Notes under the pieces: model-generated | What the model saw: the letters and a program-made list of their open reading frames with translations, nothing else | Database searches by the model: none | What the model was told of the DNA's origin: nothing | Shown here: piece by piece, positions 42,624 to 54,435 of the stretch | How positions within the stretch are numbered: the first letter of the stretch is position 1 | Layout: the number at the start of each line of letters is the position of its first letter | Position numbers and translations under genes: made by a program | Assembly (NCBI GenBank): GCA_004431415.1 | Contig: QPMI01000494.1 | Location: 1-64,000 of the forward strand | Length of the DNA stretch: 64,000 nt | Source: Cyanophora paradoxa CCMP329 | Taxonomy: Eukaryota; Plantae; Glaucophyta | Direction of reading: 5' to 3'

Positions 42624-45600
42624 ATGGCGTTCTCCGTCCCACCGCCGCATCCAGCTGCGGCTGCAGCAGCCGCGGGGGCAGTCAGCTCTAGCGCTGGCGC
42701 CCGGACGCAGACGATCGATCGCATCATCGGCTCCCGTCGCGATGCGCTCGCGGCCGGTTTCCGCGGCCGCGGGCGGCCGGCGCGCGCTGTCTGGAGCGCG
42801 GGCGGGCGGCAGACCACGAGCTTCGCCTTCCGTGTCCAGTGCAGCGCCAGCAATCGCGGGGCCGAGGTCTCGGTCTCCAACCTGGGGTACCTCTTCCCCA
42901 ACGACGCGACCGCGCTCACAAACGTACGCACGCGCACGCGTACGCGCACGCGCCCGCAAGGCCGGTGCCGCGCGCGCGCGCGCCCGCTGTGCGACACTGA
43001 CACTGACGGGTGCCGACGCGCCGCAGGGCTCGTCGAACGCCGGCTCGTCGGGCTTGTCCGCGCGGGGCCGCTCCCTAAAGCCACTCACAAAGGCGAGCGA
43101 GCGAGAGCGAGCCGCTGAGCCGCTGCCCGCGCTGCTCCGATCCATCGCTGCTCCGCTGCTCCGCTCACACCGCCGCCCGCCGGCCCGCGCAGGTGATGGA
43201 GCGTGTCCAGCCGATCGTGGAGGCGGTGCAGAAGAACCCCTACGACGCGAGCTCGAACCCCGGCGGCGTCATTGACATGGGCCTGGCCCAGAGCCGCCTC
43301 GCGTACGCCCCCACTGCTTCAGTGAGTCGCGGTCCAACTCCGGACTCACGATCTCCACCGACTCAGGTGGGACCTACTCAAGGAGGGGGTATCGGGCCCC
43401 CGCGGCCTCACGACCCTCCACGCCTACTACGGGCCGGTGCCCCGTACCCCCCTCCGCATTCTTCCCCCCCCCCGCAACTCGAGCCCTACCCGCCAGTACC
43501 GCGGCCTGGCCTCTTTCCGAGCCTCCCTCGCCCCCTTTCTCGAGACCTTCCTCGGGTGCGGTACCCCTGCCTTCATCCCGCCCCACCCCACCCTTCCCTG
43601 ACCCTGAACCCCCCCCCCCCCCCACCCGGGCCATCCCCCAGGGCGGCCGTGCGACCGGACGACCTGATCCTGGCCCCGGGTACCACCGGCGCGATCGACG
43701 CGCTCGCGAACGTGCTCTTCGACGCGGGTTCGAACCCCCGGGGGCCCGTTTCCTCCAATTCGATCCGCAAGCGTTTAACGCTGTACCCCGCAGGGGACGC
43801 GATCCTACTGGCGGCGCCCTACTACTACTACTTCGACGTCGACCTCTCCTACCGTGCCCAGGTACCGTGCCCCCCTTCACTTGCCCTGTACCCCCTCTAT
43901 TCTAGATCTATCCCTGATCATACGACTCGCGATCTGCAGCTCCGGCTTGTGCCTGTGAAGACGGACCCTTCCTCGGGTACCCCCTTCCTATCTCCTCCCC
44001 CCCCCTTCCCGAGCTTCCCTGAGCTTTTTTTTCCTCAGGGTTCGCGTGGCGACCCGAGGACTTCGAAGCGACGCTGGAGGCAGCGGAAGCGTGCGAGCTC
44101 AGATCAGATCTGATCTGATCCGATTCGATCTGAGGTCTGATCCGATCCGAATTCGATCAGGGCCGGCCTTCGTGTGAAGGGCATCCTCGTCTGCAACCCC
44201 GATAATCCCCTCGGCCGCACCGTCACCCGCGAGCAGGTGTACCCCCCGCGTCTATCCTGTACCCCCCGCGCGCCTGTCATATACCCCCTTAACCCCCCTC
44301 CCCCCTCCCATCAGCTGAGCGGCCTGATGGACCTCTGCGTTCGCCGCGGCCTGCACCTGATCTCCGACGAGGTCTACGCGAACAAGCGCGTACCCCGGCC
44401 CCGTTCCCCCCCCCCCCCCCCCGCCTTGCCCTCCACCCCCCCCTTGCCCTCTTCATTCTGACCGGAGGAGCCCGCGCCGCGCTGCAGCGTGCACGGGGCG
44501 GCCGGGGGCGAGTTCGTCTCTGCGTGGGAGGTCCGTTCCGGGAGGGGGTAGAGGGGGCGGGGCTGGGCCCCGAAGCTAGCTAGCTATCGAAGGGCCTGCC
44601 GGTCGTGGCGCGGCGGTCCGTGCTTGGGCGAGCGGCGCCGAGGCTGGAGCGCCTGGTCCCCGGAGGGACTCGGCTCAGATCTGATCTGATCTGATCTGAT
44701 CTGATCCGACCCAGGTCGCCGCCGGCTCCCCCGCCGAGCAGCGCGTCCACGTCGTGCGCCCCGTACCCCTCCCCTTCCCCCATTCCCGCCCCTCAGGGCC
44801 TTCCGCCTCCCGCTGAGCCCGGTACCCCTCTGGCAGGCCTGGGGCTTCTCGAAGGACTTCGGGCTCTCGGGGTACCGCGTCGGTGCGCTGCTCAATCGCG
44901 GGGTACTACGTTTCCAGGGGCCCTCAGCTTATTATAATTGATTTTAACTCTCCGCTTGTGCCGCCCTCTGTCCGAGGCCGCTCTGTGCATAAAACAAACG
45001 CCCTTTCTGAAAATATAAATAGAAAGCCTCCACGATCGACCCCCACTGGGCCCGCCCGCGAGGAAGCCGTGAAGGCATCGCCGTACCCCCTGCCCCACCT
45101 CCTCCCCTCCCCTCCTCCGGGCCTAGCCCCGGACCCCGGGCCCCGGCCCCTTTCGCTCTCTGTGATAGGGCCCCCTCCCCTCCCTTCCCCCTCCCCCCCC
45201 CTCTCTCTGAAACACTTTCGCCGCAGGCGTCGCGGCGTCGCGGAACGGGGCGGCGGTGGAGGCGATGAGCACGCTCTCCCGCTTCTCCGGCGTATCCTCC
45301 GACACCCAGGCGCGCCCCGCCCCTTATATTCGCGCCTTCAAACCCAGCAGCTCGGCCGCCCTTCTTAGCTTAGAATATAGATTTGCCATCTACTCTTATT
45401 ACGCCAAGCTTAAGACGGGCGCCTGAGGGCGTCTCCTCCGACACCCAGGCGCGCCCCGCCCTAAGCTCGTAACCCCTATTCCCTTCGACATATAGGCACG
45501 TAACTTAAGCACGTAAACGTCCGTCCGAATCGCCTCTGGAATCGCCAGCTTGGCTTCTCATCCCCCTCATCTCATCTCTTAAGAGAAAGGGAATCCTCTA

Positions 45601-47502
45601 AGGATTCCCTTATAATATGTATACCCGCGCCCCGCCAGCAGCTTGGGCGCCCCGTCTTGGGGCCCCTGGTGGTGGCGGACGCCGGGCCCCTTCAGCTCTT
45701 AAGGATTCCCTTACACCCGCGCCCTCACACCCAGCAGTCTTAAGCTTAGAATATACTCTTGTTCTCTTACCGGCCCTTACAACCGCGCCCTCACACCTTC
45801 CTCTTATCTCTTACGCTCAGAATATACTCTTGCGGGCGCCCTTACAACCGCGCCCTCACACCTTCCTCTTATCTCTTACGCTCAGAATATACTCTTGCGG
45901 GCGCCCTTACAACCGCGCCCTCACACCTTCCTCTTATCTCTTACGCTCAGAATATACTCTTGCTCTCTTACCGGCGTCTAAGCTTGCTATCTCTCTCGTC
46001 CGGGCAGGCGACGCTGGGGCCGCTGGTGGCGGACGTCGGGCACGCCCTCCGGTTCCTGCGTACCCACCAGGTCCCCTTCCCCCCCCTCTCCCCTCCCCCC
46101 TCCCCCCTCCCCCTTCCGCGCTTCCCGCGGCGCGGCGCGCGCCGGCGGGCGAGGGCTCCTCCCTCCGCCTCTCTAGCCCCTAGCCTCTCTAGGGTGGCCG
46201 GGGCCGGGGCCGGGGCCGGGGGTCAAAGCCTGGGCCGGGGCCGGGGCGCCGGAGCGCGCGCCGGCGGGGCGCGCGCCGGCGGGCGATCGCGAGGGCTCCT
46301 CCCTCAGCCTCTCTAGCCCCCTAGCCTCTCTAGCCTCTCTAGCCTCCAAGCCTGTCCTCAAGGGCTCCCCGCGAGCTCCCCGGTCTCTAGTCGGTCTCTA
46401 CCCCTCCAGTCCTCTGCGAGCTCCTCCCCTCCCCCGCCCCCCCCCCCCCCCCCCCCCTAGCGCTTCCCTCGCTTTCACTACCCACGCACTGTCTACGCCC
46501 TTTCCCCCTCCTTTCCTCCTCCTCCCCGCTCTCCTCCGGCCCCGACCTCCCCGCCACCCTTTCCCTCACTCTCCTTCACCCTCATGCCTCTCGCCTCCGT
46601 TTTCCTCTCTTCTCCCCCCTCCTTTGTCCGGGTACCCTGTTCTGAGATTCCGGTACCCCGGCCCCCAGACGCGGCTGCTGGAGGCGTACGACCAGGTCCA
46701 GGAGCTCCTCGAGGAGCTGGGGGTACGTGCCCCTTTCCCGCTTGCCCCCCCCCCCACCCCCGCAACCCTCCCTCCGCGCGCTCACCTGAGATCTGATCAG
46801 GTGCCCTACGTGCCGGCGAGCGCGGGTCCCTTCGTCTGGGCCCGCCTTGCCCCCCACGCCCAAGTGCGCACGCGCCCGGAGCCCCCACCTTAGCCTAAGA
46901 GAAGAACAACTCGACATCTAATTTCGACTACACTACACTCTTTGAGACGGAGAATCAAGCGCCCTCCGCTCGCCTCGCGCCTACCCCTGAGACTCCCAGC
47001 CTCCTTCGCGCCCACCCCGTCCCGTCCCCCCCCTTCCGGACTCACCAGCAGTCCGGCCGGCCGGACTGGGGGTACCAGACGTTCGAGGAGGAGCAGGCCT
47101 TCCTCGGGGCGCTGGCGGCTGAGGGCGTCTACGTCATGCCCGGCTCCATGTTCCACTGCCCCCGTGCGCCCGCCCGCCCCCCGCCCCCGTCCATGGCCAC
47201 CCAAGCTAGTTACGATAATAGACGCGGCCGGACGCGGAGGCCTGAGCTTCCTTAGCTTCTAGACTTCTTAGGGCTTCCTAGCCTTCCTAACTAAGATAAT
47301 AGACTTCCTAGCGGCCTCTTTATTTATTCATCGCGGCCCCTCCAAAGCTTGGCTCAGCTTGACGGCTGCACTGCGCGCGCACCGTCCCGTCCGCCTCCTC
47401 TCAGAGCCCGGCAGGTTCCGCATCGTTTTCGCCCACAGGGACGCCGCCCTCGCCGAGGGCCTCCGCAGGCTTGGTCGCGTCGTCCGCGCCTCAGCGGCTT
47501 AG
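42624..47502 (+). CDS. Multi-exon PLP-dependent class I/II aminotransferase, ACC-synthase-like, with probable N-terminal transit peptide
   Basis: NPYD..SNPGGVIDMGLA, APYYYYFDVDL, ILVCNPDNPLG, HLISDEVYA, WGFSKDFGLSGYRVG (PLP lysine), PGSMFHC|EPGRFRIVFA. N-terminus MAFSVP... is Ala/Ser/Arg-rich. Confidence 0.88.
45716..45965. repeat. Intronic 65-bp minisatellite (about three near-identical units plus a degenerate one)
   Basis: Units start at 45781, 45846 and 45911 (aaccgcgccctcacaccttcctcttatctcttacgctcagaatatactcttg...). Confidence 0.85.
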
Positions 47503-48175
47503 CTAACTCTGATCATGAACGTGGATACCGATTATGATAGCGTGCAGCTCTAGAGATCTTGACCGCAAGCTTGAATGCCCGCAGATTCAGAATGCTCTAT
47601 AGCTAGCTAGACTTGACAAATAGACAAATATGCACGTACAAGCTGCACCCACAGGGAGGCCGCCCTGGCCGAGGGCCTCCGCCGCGTAGCCGCCGCCGTC
47701 CGCGCCTCCCGCGCCGGCGCTGCGCACGCGCATGCGCAGTAGCCGGGTCGCTATATAGCCAGCTAGCTATAGCGCCCCACGTAGCAAGGCCAGCAGAATC
47801 AGAAAGCTCTATTGCTAGCTAGATTTGTCAAATATATGCACGTTCAAGTCGCTGCTGAGATGCCGCAGTGCACCTAAAGTCATCGCAATGCTCCTAGTTA
47901 ATATACAGTGTTCCTGCCGTCGTTCAACGGTTGTGCTCCTGACCTTGAGCTCCGTATACGTTCGCGTGTGGGGGGCTACAATTCGAGCGGCGAGCTCGAG
48001 ATCGATCCCAAGTTAAGAGGCCGCTATATTAAGAGAGAGATAAAGAGATAAAGAGGAGGCCAGGGCAACGTCGTATGGCGAGCTCGTCGAATTCAGTTCT
48101 TCGAATATTAATTTGAGCACAATTCTGATCATGATCACTTGCACAGGCATCTAAGATATTTATATTTATTGAAGC

Positions 48176-50230
48176 CTAAGCACTATCTACGACATTCGCA
48201 ACATCGCCGGTCTTTTCTGCGGGCGTCAAAAGTCCCCCTTGAAGGCTCTGGCTTGGCCCGAGCTTGGCGCTTTCGGGAATGTAAGGAATTCCCGCGAAAA
48301 CGAGCTCCTCGATTCCACATTCGTTCGTTCCGCGCCTGCGGCCGAAAATGAGCCGCCGGTCCATCGATATCCTAAAGAATTCTAATCCTAAAGACCCCAG
48401 CCGTACCGAATCCTAAGAAACCAAAAGACTCATAAATGAGCGCATTTACATACGCACCGAATCCTAAAGAAGCCATTCTCACCCCACCACGAACCCCAGC
48501 TGTTCTGCACAATCCCTGTCGCAATTTATGAATTCTCGAGACTAACAGTACGGGATTCCTGCCGCATGGAAAAACTCGAGACTTACAGTACGGGATTCCA
48601 TTTTCTGTGCCCCAGCCGACAAACTGCGAGATGCACGGAAATGCGCGTGCTTAATGTCCATAGCGAGCGAGCGCCGCAAGGCTCGCGCTTGAGGCGGACC
48701 TTGACGGCATGCCAGCCATGATTCTTTATCTCATCCTCGCCCTTGTGGTATATTCCGCTCTTGTAGTGCATGAAGTCATCGAACATAACGTAGCCCGCTG
48801 CGGTGCCGGCCACGGCGGTTGAATATTGATATTGCGAACATGAGCGCATACGTTGTTTAAAAACGCCCATTCATGTATATTGAACCATCGCAGGCGCACT
48901 TTGCACTGGTCCGCGCTGGTAAATCTCCCGCATTATTGGCTCTACCCCCAGCTCCAATGACGTCTCAATCTGTGCGCACAGCAGGTGTTATTCTATTGCA
49001 GAGTAAACGCATATGCATTGCAGAATAATATGCTTTGCCTTGAAAAAGTCAGAGGCGTAGTATTTCTCGAATTTCACGCCAGCAGCCAAATCGCCGGTGC
49101 ACTTGCGCGGGCACTTAACCACGTGAGCTTGGTACGGGTTGCACGCTTCGGTGGTAACGCCCTGCTCTTGTAGATACCGCCACGCCTGGGGCAGCTCTCT
49201 GCGCTGTTTATAAGCCAGGTGTCTGCATACATATATATCACAGGCCGATCGCGAGGGGACGGAGCGCACGCTCCGTGGCAGCCCTCTCCCTCCTTGTCGC
49301 AAGAGACTGCGCGAGGTCGGGAGTCGTCTCGAATTCGAAATGTACGTATAATATAAATAATTATAATGAAACGGCCGGTGATTGCGCACTCATGTATTCA
49401 GGCGACAGGGTCACGTCGATCTCTCCGCCGCTGTCAATGAAGAGGCGGTCTGCAAGCACGCCTGTTGCGCTAATCGCCCAACAGGATCCACAGTCTCCTG
49501 CAGAAATCGCGTGCGTGTAATTAGTTAGAAAATAAACTGCAACGTTATCCAACGTATGTTCACACCCTGGTCCACTACAGGATGCACAGCTCCGGGCCAC
49601 CGCTCCCGGGCTAATACAAGCGACGTTGTGATCGATATCGTTAGTAGGATGTGGCTTATAATAATATATAATTATATGAGCGTATACGTAGGTTTGTTCG
49701 TAAAATCACGTGCACGGGCATATGCATGACACACCGTCGAAGAACGGGGGAAGTACAACGCCACTGGACGTGGCAGATGCAGGCTTATCATCGCTGCGTG
49801 TACTGATGCGTACGCTGGCTCCAAAGCTAGCGTTCCCGGTGCGCATCCCGGCCTGCGCGACGCAATGCGAGTCATGCATATGAGAAAAACTTTTGCACTG
49901 CCCGCGACATGCATGTGCATGATCATGAGCGCTGACCAGCTTTGCAAACTCTGCCCGGCCCCATCCTTTGAACTGCGGGTACTCTGTGGACTGCCAGTGC
50001 TTTTCTGCAGGCTTGCGACATGTGCGCATGTCACCCCGCTCGCCTCGCAAGCCGGCGCCGCTTCTTGATCCGAGCCCATCGGGGCACGCATGCGCGGCGC
50101 TAGCTGCGGCAACTACGGAAGAGGTTTCGGTGCCGGCGCGTACTTGTACGAGCTCTCCGACGATTGCGAGGAACATGATCGCGATCGCAGCTGCAGCTGG
50201 CAATTGCAACGGCGATGTCGACGTATACAT
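48176..50230 (-). CDS. Multi-exon papain-family (C1A) cysteine protease, cathepsin B-like
   Basis: ARERWPG...DQG|DCGSCWA..ATGVLADR, DFMHYKSGIY, GWHAVK (His), QNSWG.WWGENGFFRI (Asn), RGTNECGIEE. Hydrophobic signal-like N-terminus. Confidence 0.9.
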
Positions 50231-52305
50231 CAGCGCGGAGCGACATTGATGTCGCGCGCTGCAGCGCTGACGCTCATCGCGATCGCTCACGTCAACGTGC
50301 ATATAACCGGCAGCTGCCTTCGGGGGGCGGGCCTCCGCCTGCACGCCCAGCCGCATGTGCACCTGCATACTAAAACTATGTATATACGCAAATATTTACG
50401 TATGCTTACGTATACGTAAACGCAAACTCAAACGCAACGCGCAATGTGCCAGCAGCCAGGGCCAGGCCTGAGGCTTCGTGATCGGCTGCTGCAGCTGTAC
50501 TAAGCTGTAGTCGAAGTTAACGTTGCACTCTATAGCTTGCTATACAGCCTATACTGCGCACGCTATACTGGTAGTGCTGCGCACGCGCGACCGTCGGATC
50601 GTCCGGACGCCGCGGACCCAAATTAAACGAGCTCGAGCTCGGCGACCCGGACCGCGAAACTCGCTCTATACTAGTAGACTCCAGACTCCCGGACCGTCGG
50701 AAGGACCCGCCGGGCCGGAGACGGGCCAGATCGCGCGGAGACGGCCCGGAGACTGGGCCGGATCCGGAGTTCGATTGCGATGAGCGTCCGCTGCCGGGCC
50801 GCGTCCGGTGTCCAGGCTAGCCTACTAGGCTAGTATACGTAGCTCACTGAGTCACCTTGCGCGGGCTCAGGCTGCGGCCGCTGCGCAGCTGCGCGCCAGG
50901 CTGGCCGCGCCCGGGGCCTCCGCCGCCGGACCGTCGGACCGCCGGGCCGGTCCGGCCGCCGCCGGGCTCCGAGTCTCCGATCGACTCGGCGATGCCATGA
51001 TGATGACATTGATGAGTCGACGTCCGATGACTCCAATGAGTCCGATCCGACTCGGCGATGCATGATATCGATCCGATGATCGTTCGAATTTCCAATCGAT
51101 ATCCCGCCGGGCCGGCCGCGGGCCGCGGCCGCCGGGCCCGGGCCCCGGGGCCGCGAATCCCGCGATGAGTCGATGACCCGATGATCGCCCGTGCCACGGT
51201 GATCCTGAGTCATGCGGCTCGAGCTCATCATGGCATGCCCGGCGGCCATGATGAGTCTCATGACGCGCGCCGTTTCGAGTTCGTGCGTCTCTTTCGCATC
51301 GAACCGAACGCGTGAAACTTACCCGCTGCCGGCCCGCCGGGCCGGGCCCGGCCGCGGCGGGCCGCCGCCGGCCCGCCGGGCCGCGCCGGCGCCGGCCCGC
51401 CGCGGCCGCCGCCTTTTTTCCGAGTTCATCGCAAGAATTTGCAAAAAAACCTTCTTTTTTTGAACACTGATCGCAAGATTTGCCAAGTTGGACGGATCAA
51501 GATCGCACGAGCCTCGGCGGGCGCCGGCGGCCCGGCGGTCCCGGCGGGGGTTCAACAGTTCAACGTCAACGCGCACCGTCGCAATTGCCTCAAGGAGTCA
51601 GACCTCATGCGGCATGCCGCACTGCGCACTGCGGCATGCGGCATGCATATGCATCATGGCCCCCCGGGATTCATGGGCGATCATTGCGGCAGCCGGGTGC
51701 CAGGCTGCCAGCCGCCCGCACTGCCGCAGTGCGGCAGTGCGCCGCGCCGACAGTTACTAAGTTAGTGCGCTGACCGTCGGACAGTTCAATGAGTTAGCTG
51801 AGCGCGTGACCGCACTATAGCTACTACGCGGCACTAGTACTGTCACCGCAGCCGGTGTCCGGTCTAGATCTGCGCTTCTCGACAGCAGGCTGACTCGGTG
51901 AAGCTTGCCGCGATTCCTCCTGGCCTGCCTTGCATCGCTTCTTAGGGAGGGAACCTTGAAGAGCTCTATATAGCTAGCGGCCTCCAGGCTAGGCCCAGGA
52001 ATTCGTCCAGCTTTCTTTACACCGCGCCAAGTTCAAGGTGCGCTCGCGATTATCGGGCCGGCCTTGACTGCGGCCGCGGGAGCACTGCGTATATGCGTGT
52101 ATATGTACGGCTGAATGAGATCTAGTTCTAGAGCGGATATCGATCCACACGCACGGCGCGCGCATCATTCACATTGCATCCTACCAGTATACGTATACGT
52201 ACATGTTTACTAGGCTAGGACGCGTTATAAATTATAAATATATATACTGTTATATACAATTTATAGAAGAAGTTGAGGCACCTAACTCGAGCGTGCGCTG
52301 GGCAG

Positions 52306-54435
52306 ATGCCGAGCGAGTGCTCGATCCGCTGCGCCGCTGGCCAAGTCGCTCCGGCGGCCGAATCCGCGGATTCCGAGGCCTGCGCTGGCGACATTCGTGC
52401 TAACATTGTGGCGCCCATGCCGTCCCGGCACGCGCAAATGAAGTCCCTGGCGCTGCAACTCGCAGCGTGCTCGAGCCCTTCCGGAGCGCTGGCCGGAGCC
52501 CGCGACTTCATGACCAGCGGCGTCGCCTCTGCGTCGGACGGGATCCTGAACTCGAACCTGGGCCTGGGCAGCCGGACTCAGTCGAGCTCGTCCGTGTCGG
52601 TCCCCGGGCTCGTCTCCGTCGAGTCTCTTCCCATCTCGGACGTCGACAGCCGGCACAGCTCGCCCGTCTCCGCGTCGGCCTTCGCCTGCCCCTGCTGCGA
52701 CAACGACGACGTCGCCGACAACCGGGACTTCAAGAGCGGCGGGCCCGATCGCATCCCGACCGAGGTAAAAGCACACACATATAAATCCTCCTGCCGCCTG
52801 ATTTCCGCCCGATATCAATTATCGTGAAGCTGAACCATGCCAGGCCGAGCTCTGGAAGGCGATCCTGCAGGAGGCCAGGAACGAAGCCGCGAGCGAGCCG
52901 GACCTCGCCTCGTTCCTGTGGTCCACGATCCTTTCGCATGGGACCCTCTACGACGCCCTCTGCTTCCGCCTCGCCCACAAGGTGATACTAAGTTATAACT
53001 TATAACTCATTGCTTTAGACGCAAATTGACTATAACATGTACAAGGTGATATTAAGGTATACCTAAGTTACATGGGGGGTGCGGGGGGGCTTGCCTTCCC
53101 CTGCTTGTTTGATTATTCGAACGATTTGTACATTTGCTTTAAATTTTCGCGCACGTCGAGCGAACAACTGAACGAGCCTTTCTTTAATTTGCAGCTGGCG
53201 AACCCGACTCTCCTCTCGACTCAGCTGACGTCGATCATCTCCAACGTTTTCGCCAAGGACCCATACGTCAGGCTGGCCATCCGTTGCGACCTTGTCGTGC
53301 GCACGCGACCCTTCATTCATGCCGATATCCATCGCGAACGTTAGAGTGTTTTAACGTGTTGTGATGACGAATCTCGCGCCACGGCAGGCCGTAAAGTCCA
53401 GAGATCCTGCTTGCCGCGGCTACTCGCAGCCGCTGCTTCACTTCAAGGGCTTCCAGGCCTTGCAGGCGTACAGGGTCCGGAATGGCGATGTTGGCTTTTA
53501 AATTGTTTCTTCTCCTCTCATCGATCCGGCCGGAGCAGGTCGCCCATTCGCTCTGGCGCGATGGTCGCGTCGCTCTTGCCCACACCCTGCAGAGTCTCGT
53601 CTCCGATGTTTTCCGTGAGTGCTAATCATTTTCGCGGCCGTTTATGAAAGCTGTATTTTAATTCGGAATCGCGAAAGATGTCGACATCCATCCCGCCGCC
53701 AGAATTGGGAAGGGCGTCATGGTGAGTGGCCATGGCCCATGGGTCCGGGCAGGCGGATGATGAATTGGTTCGAATTCGACCGACATTTCATTAACTGCTG
53801 GGATAGGTCGACCACGCCATCGGAGTTGTGATTGGAGAGACCGCCGTGGTCAGTCTCGCCGTGATCATGATGCGCGATGTTGCGTGATATTGACTTCATT
53901 CGCAGGTCGGGGACAACGTCTCCTGTGCGCCCCTGTAGCTATTCGATTTTCTAAATATCTGCAGGGCGCTAACGTTCGAGATCTCGCAGTCCTGCACAAC
54001 GTCACGCTCGGCGGCAACGGAAAGGTGAGCGGCGACAGGCACCCGAAGATCGGGCATGGGGTCCTTCTCGGTATGCAGCATATTTTAGCATTGAATTAAT
54101 ACTTGTTCTGCTCCGTGTCCTGACCCTTTGTCCGCCGCGCAGGCGCGCACGTTACTGTTCTCGGCAACATCAAGATCGGCCCGTTCGCCAAGATTGGGGC
54201 GGGTTCGGTCGTGCTCACCGCCGTCCCCGCCCGGCGCACCGCAGTCGGGTCTGTATCCGTTCATTTTGAAATTCTCGATTCCCTTCGATTGACCGCCGGT
54301 CTTCAAATTCTCAGCGTCCCCGCGCGAGTGGTGGGGCGCGAGGGCCCGAAGGAGGTCGTGCCGGCCGCGGCCATGGACCACCACGTGGGGTCCGTCAACG
54401 ACGCCGGGGAATACGTCCTCGACTTTCAGATTTGA
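52306..54435 (+). CDS. cysE: Multi-exon serine O-acetyltransferase with a long Ser-rich N-terminal extension
   Basis: LWKAILQEA...EPDLASFLWSTILSH, RDPAC..Y.QPLLHFKGFQALQAYR, VDIHPAARIGKG, DHA.GVVIGETAV, VTLGG.GK..GDRHPKIG, KIGAGSVVL. C-terminal DFQI* has the conserved terminal Ile. Confidence 0.93.
53072..53109 (+). repeat. Dispersed repeat copy inside a cysE intron (inverted copy at 55804-55840)
   Basis: atggggggtgcgggggggcttgccttcccctgcttgtt matches the reverse complement of 55804-55840 nearly exactly. Confidence 0.6.
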
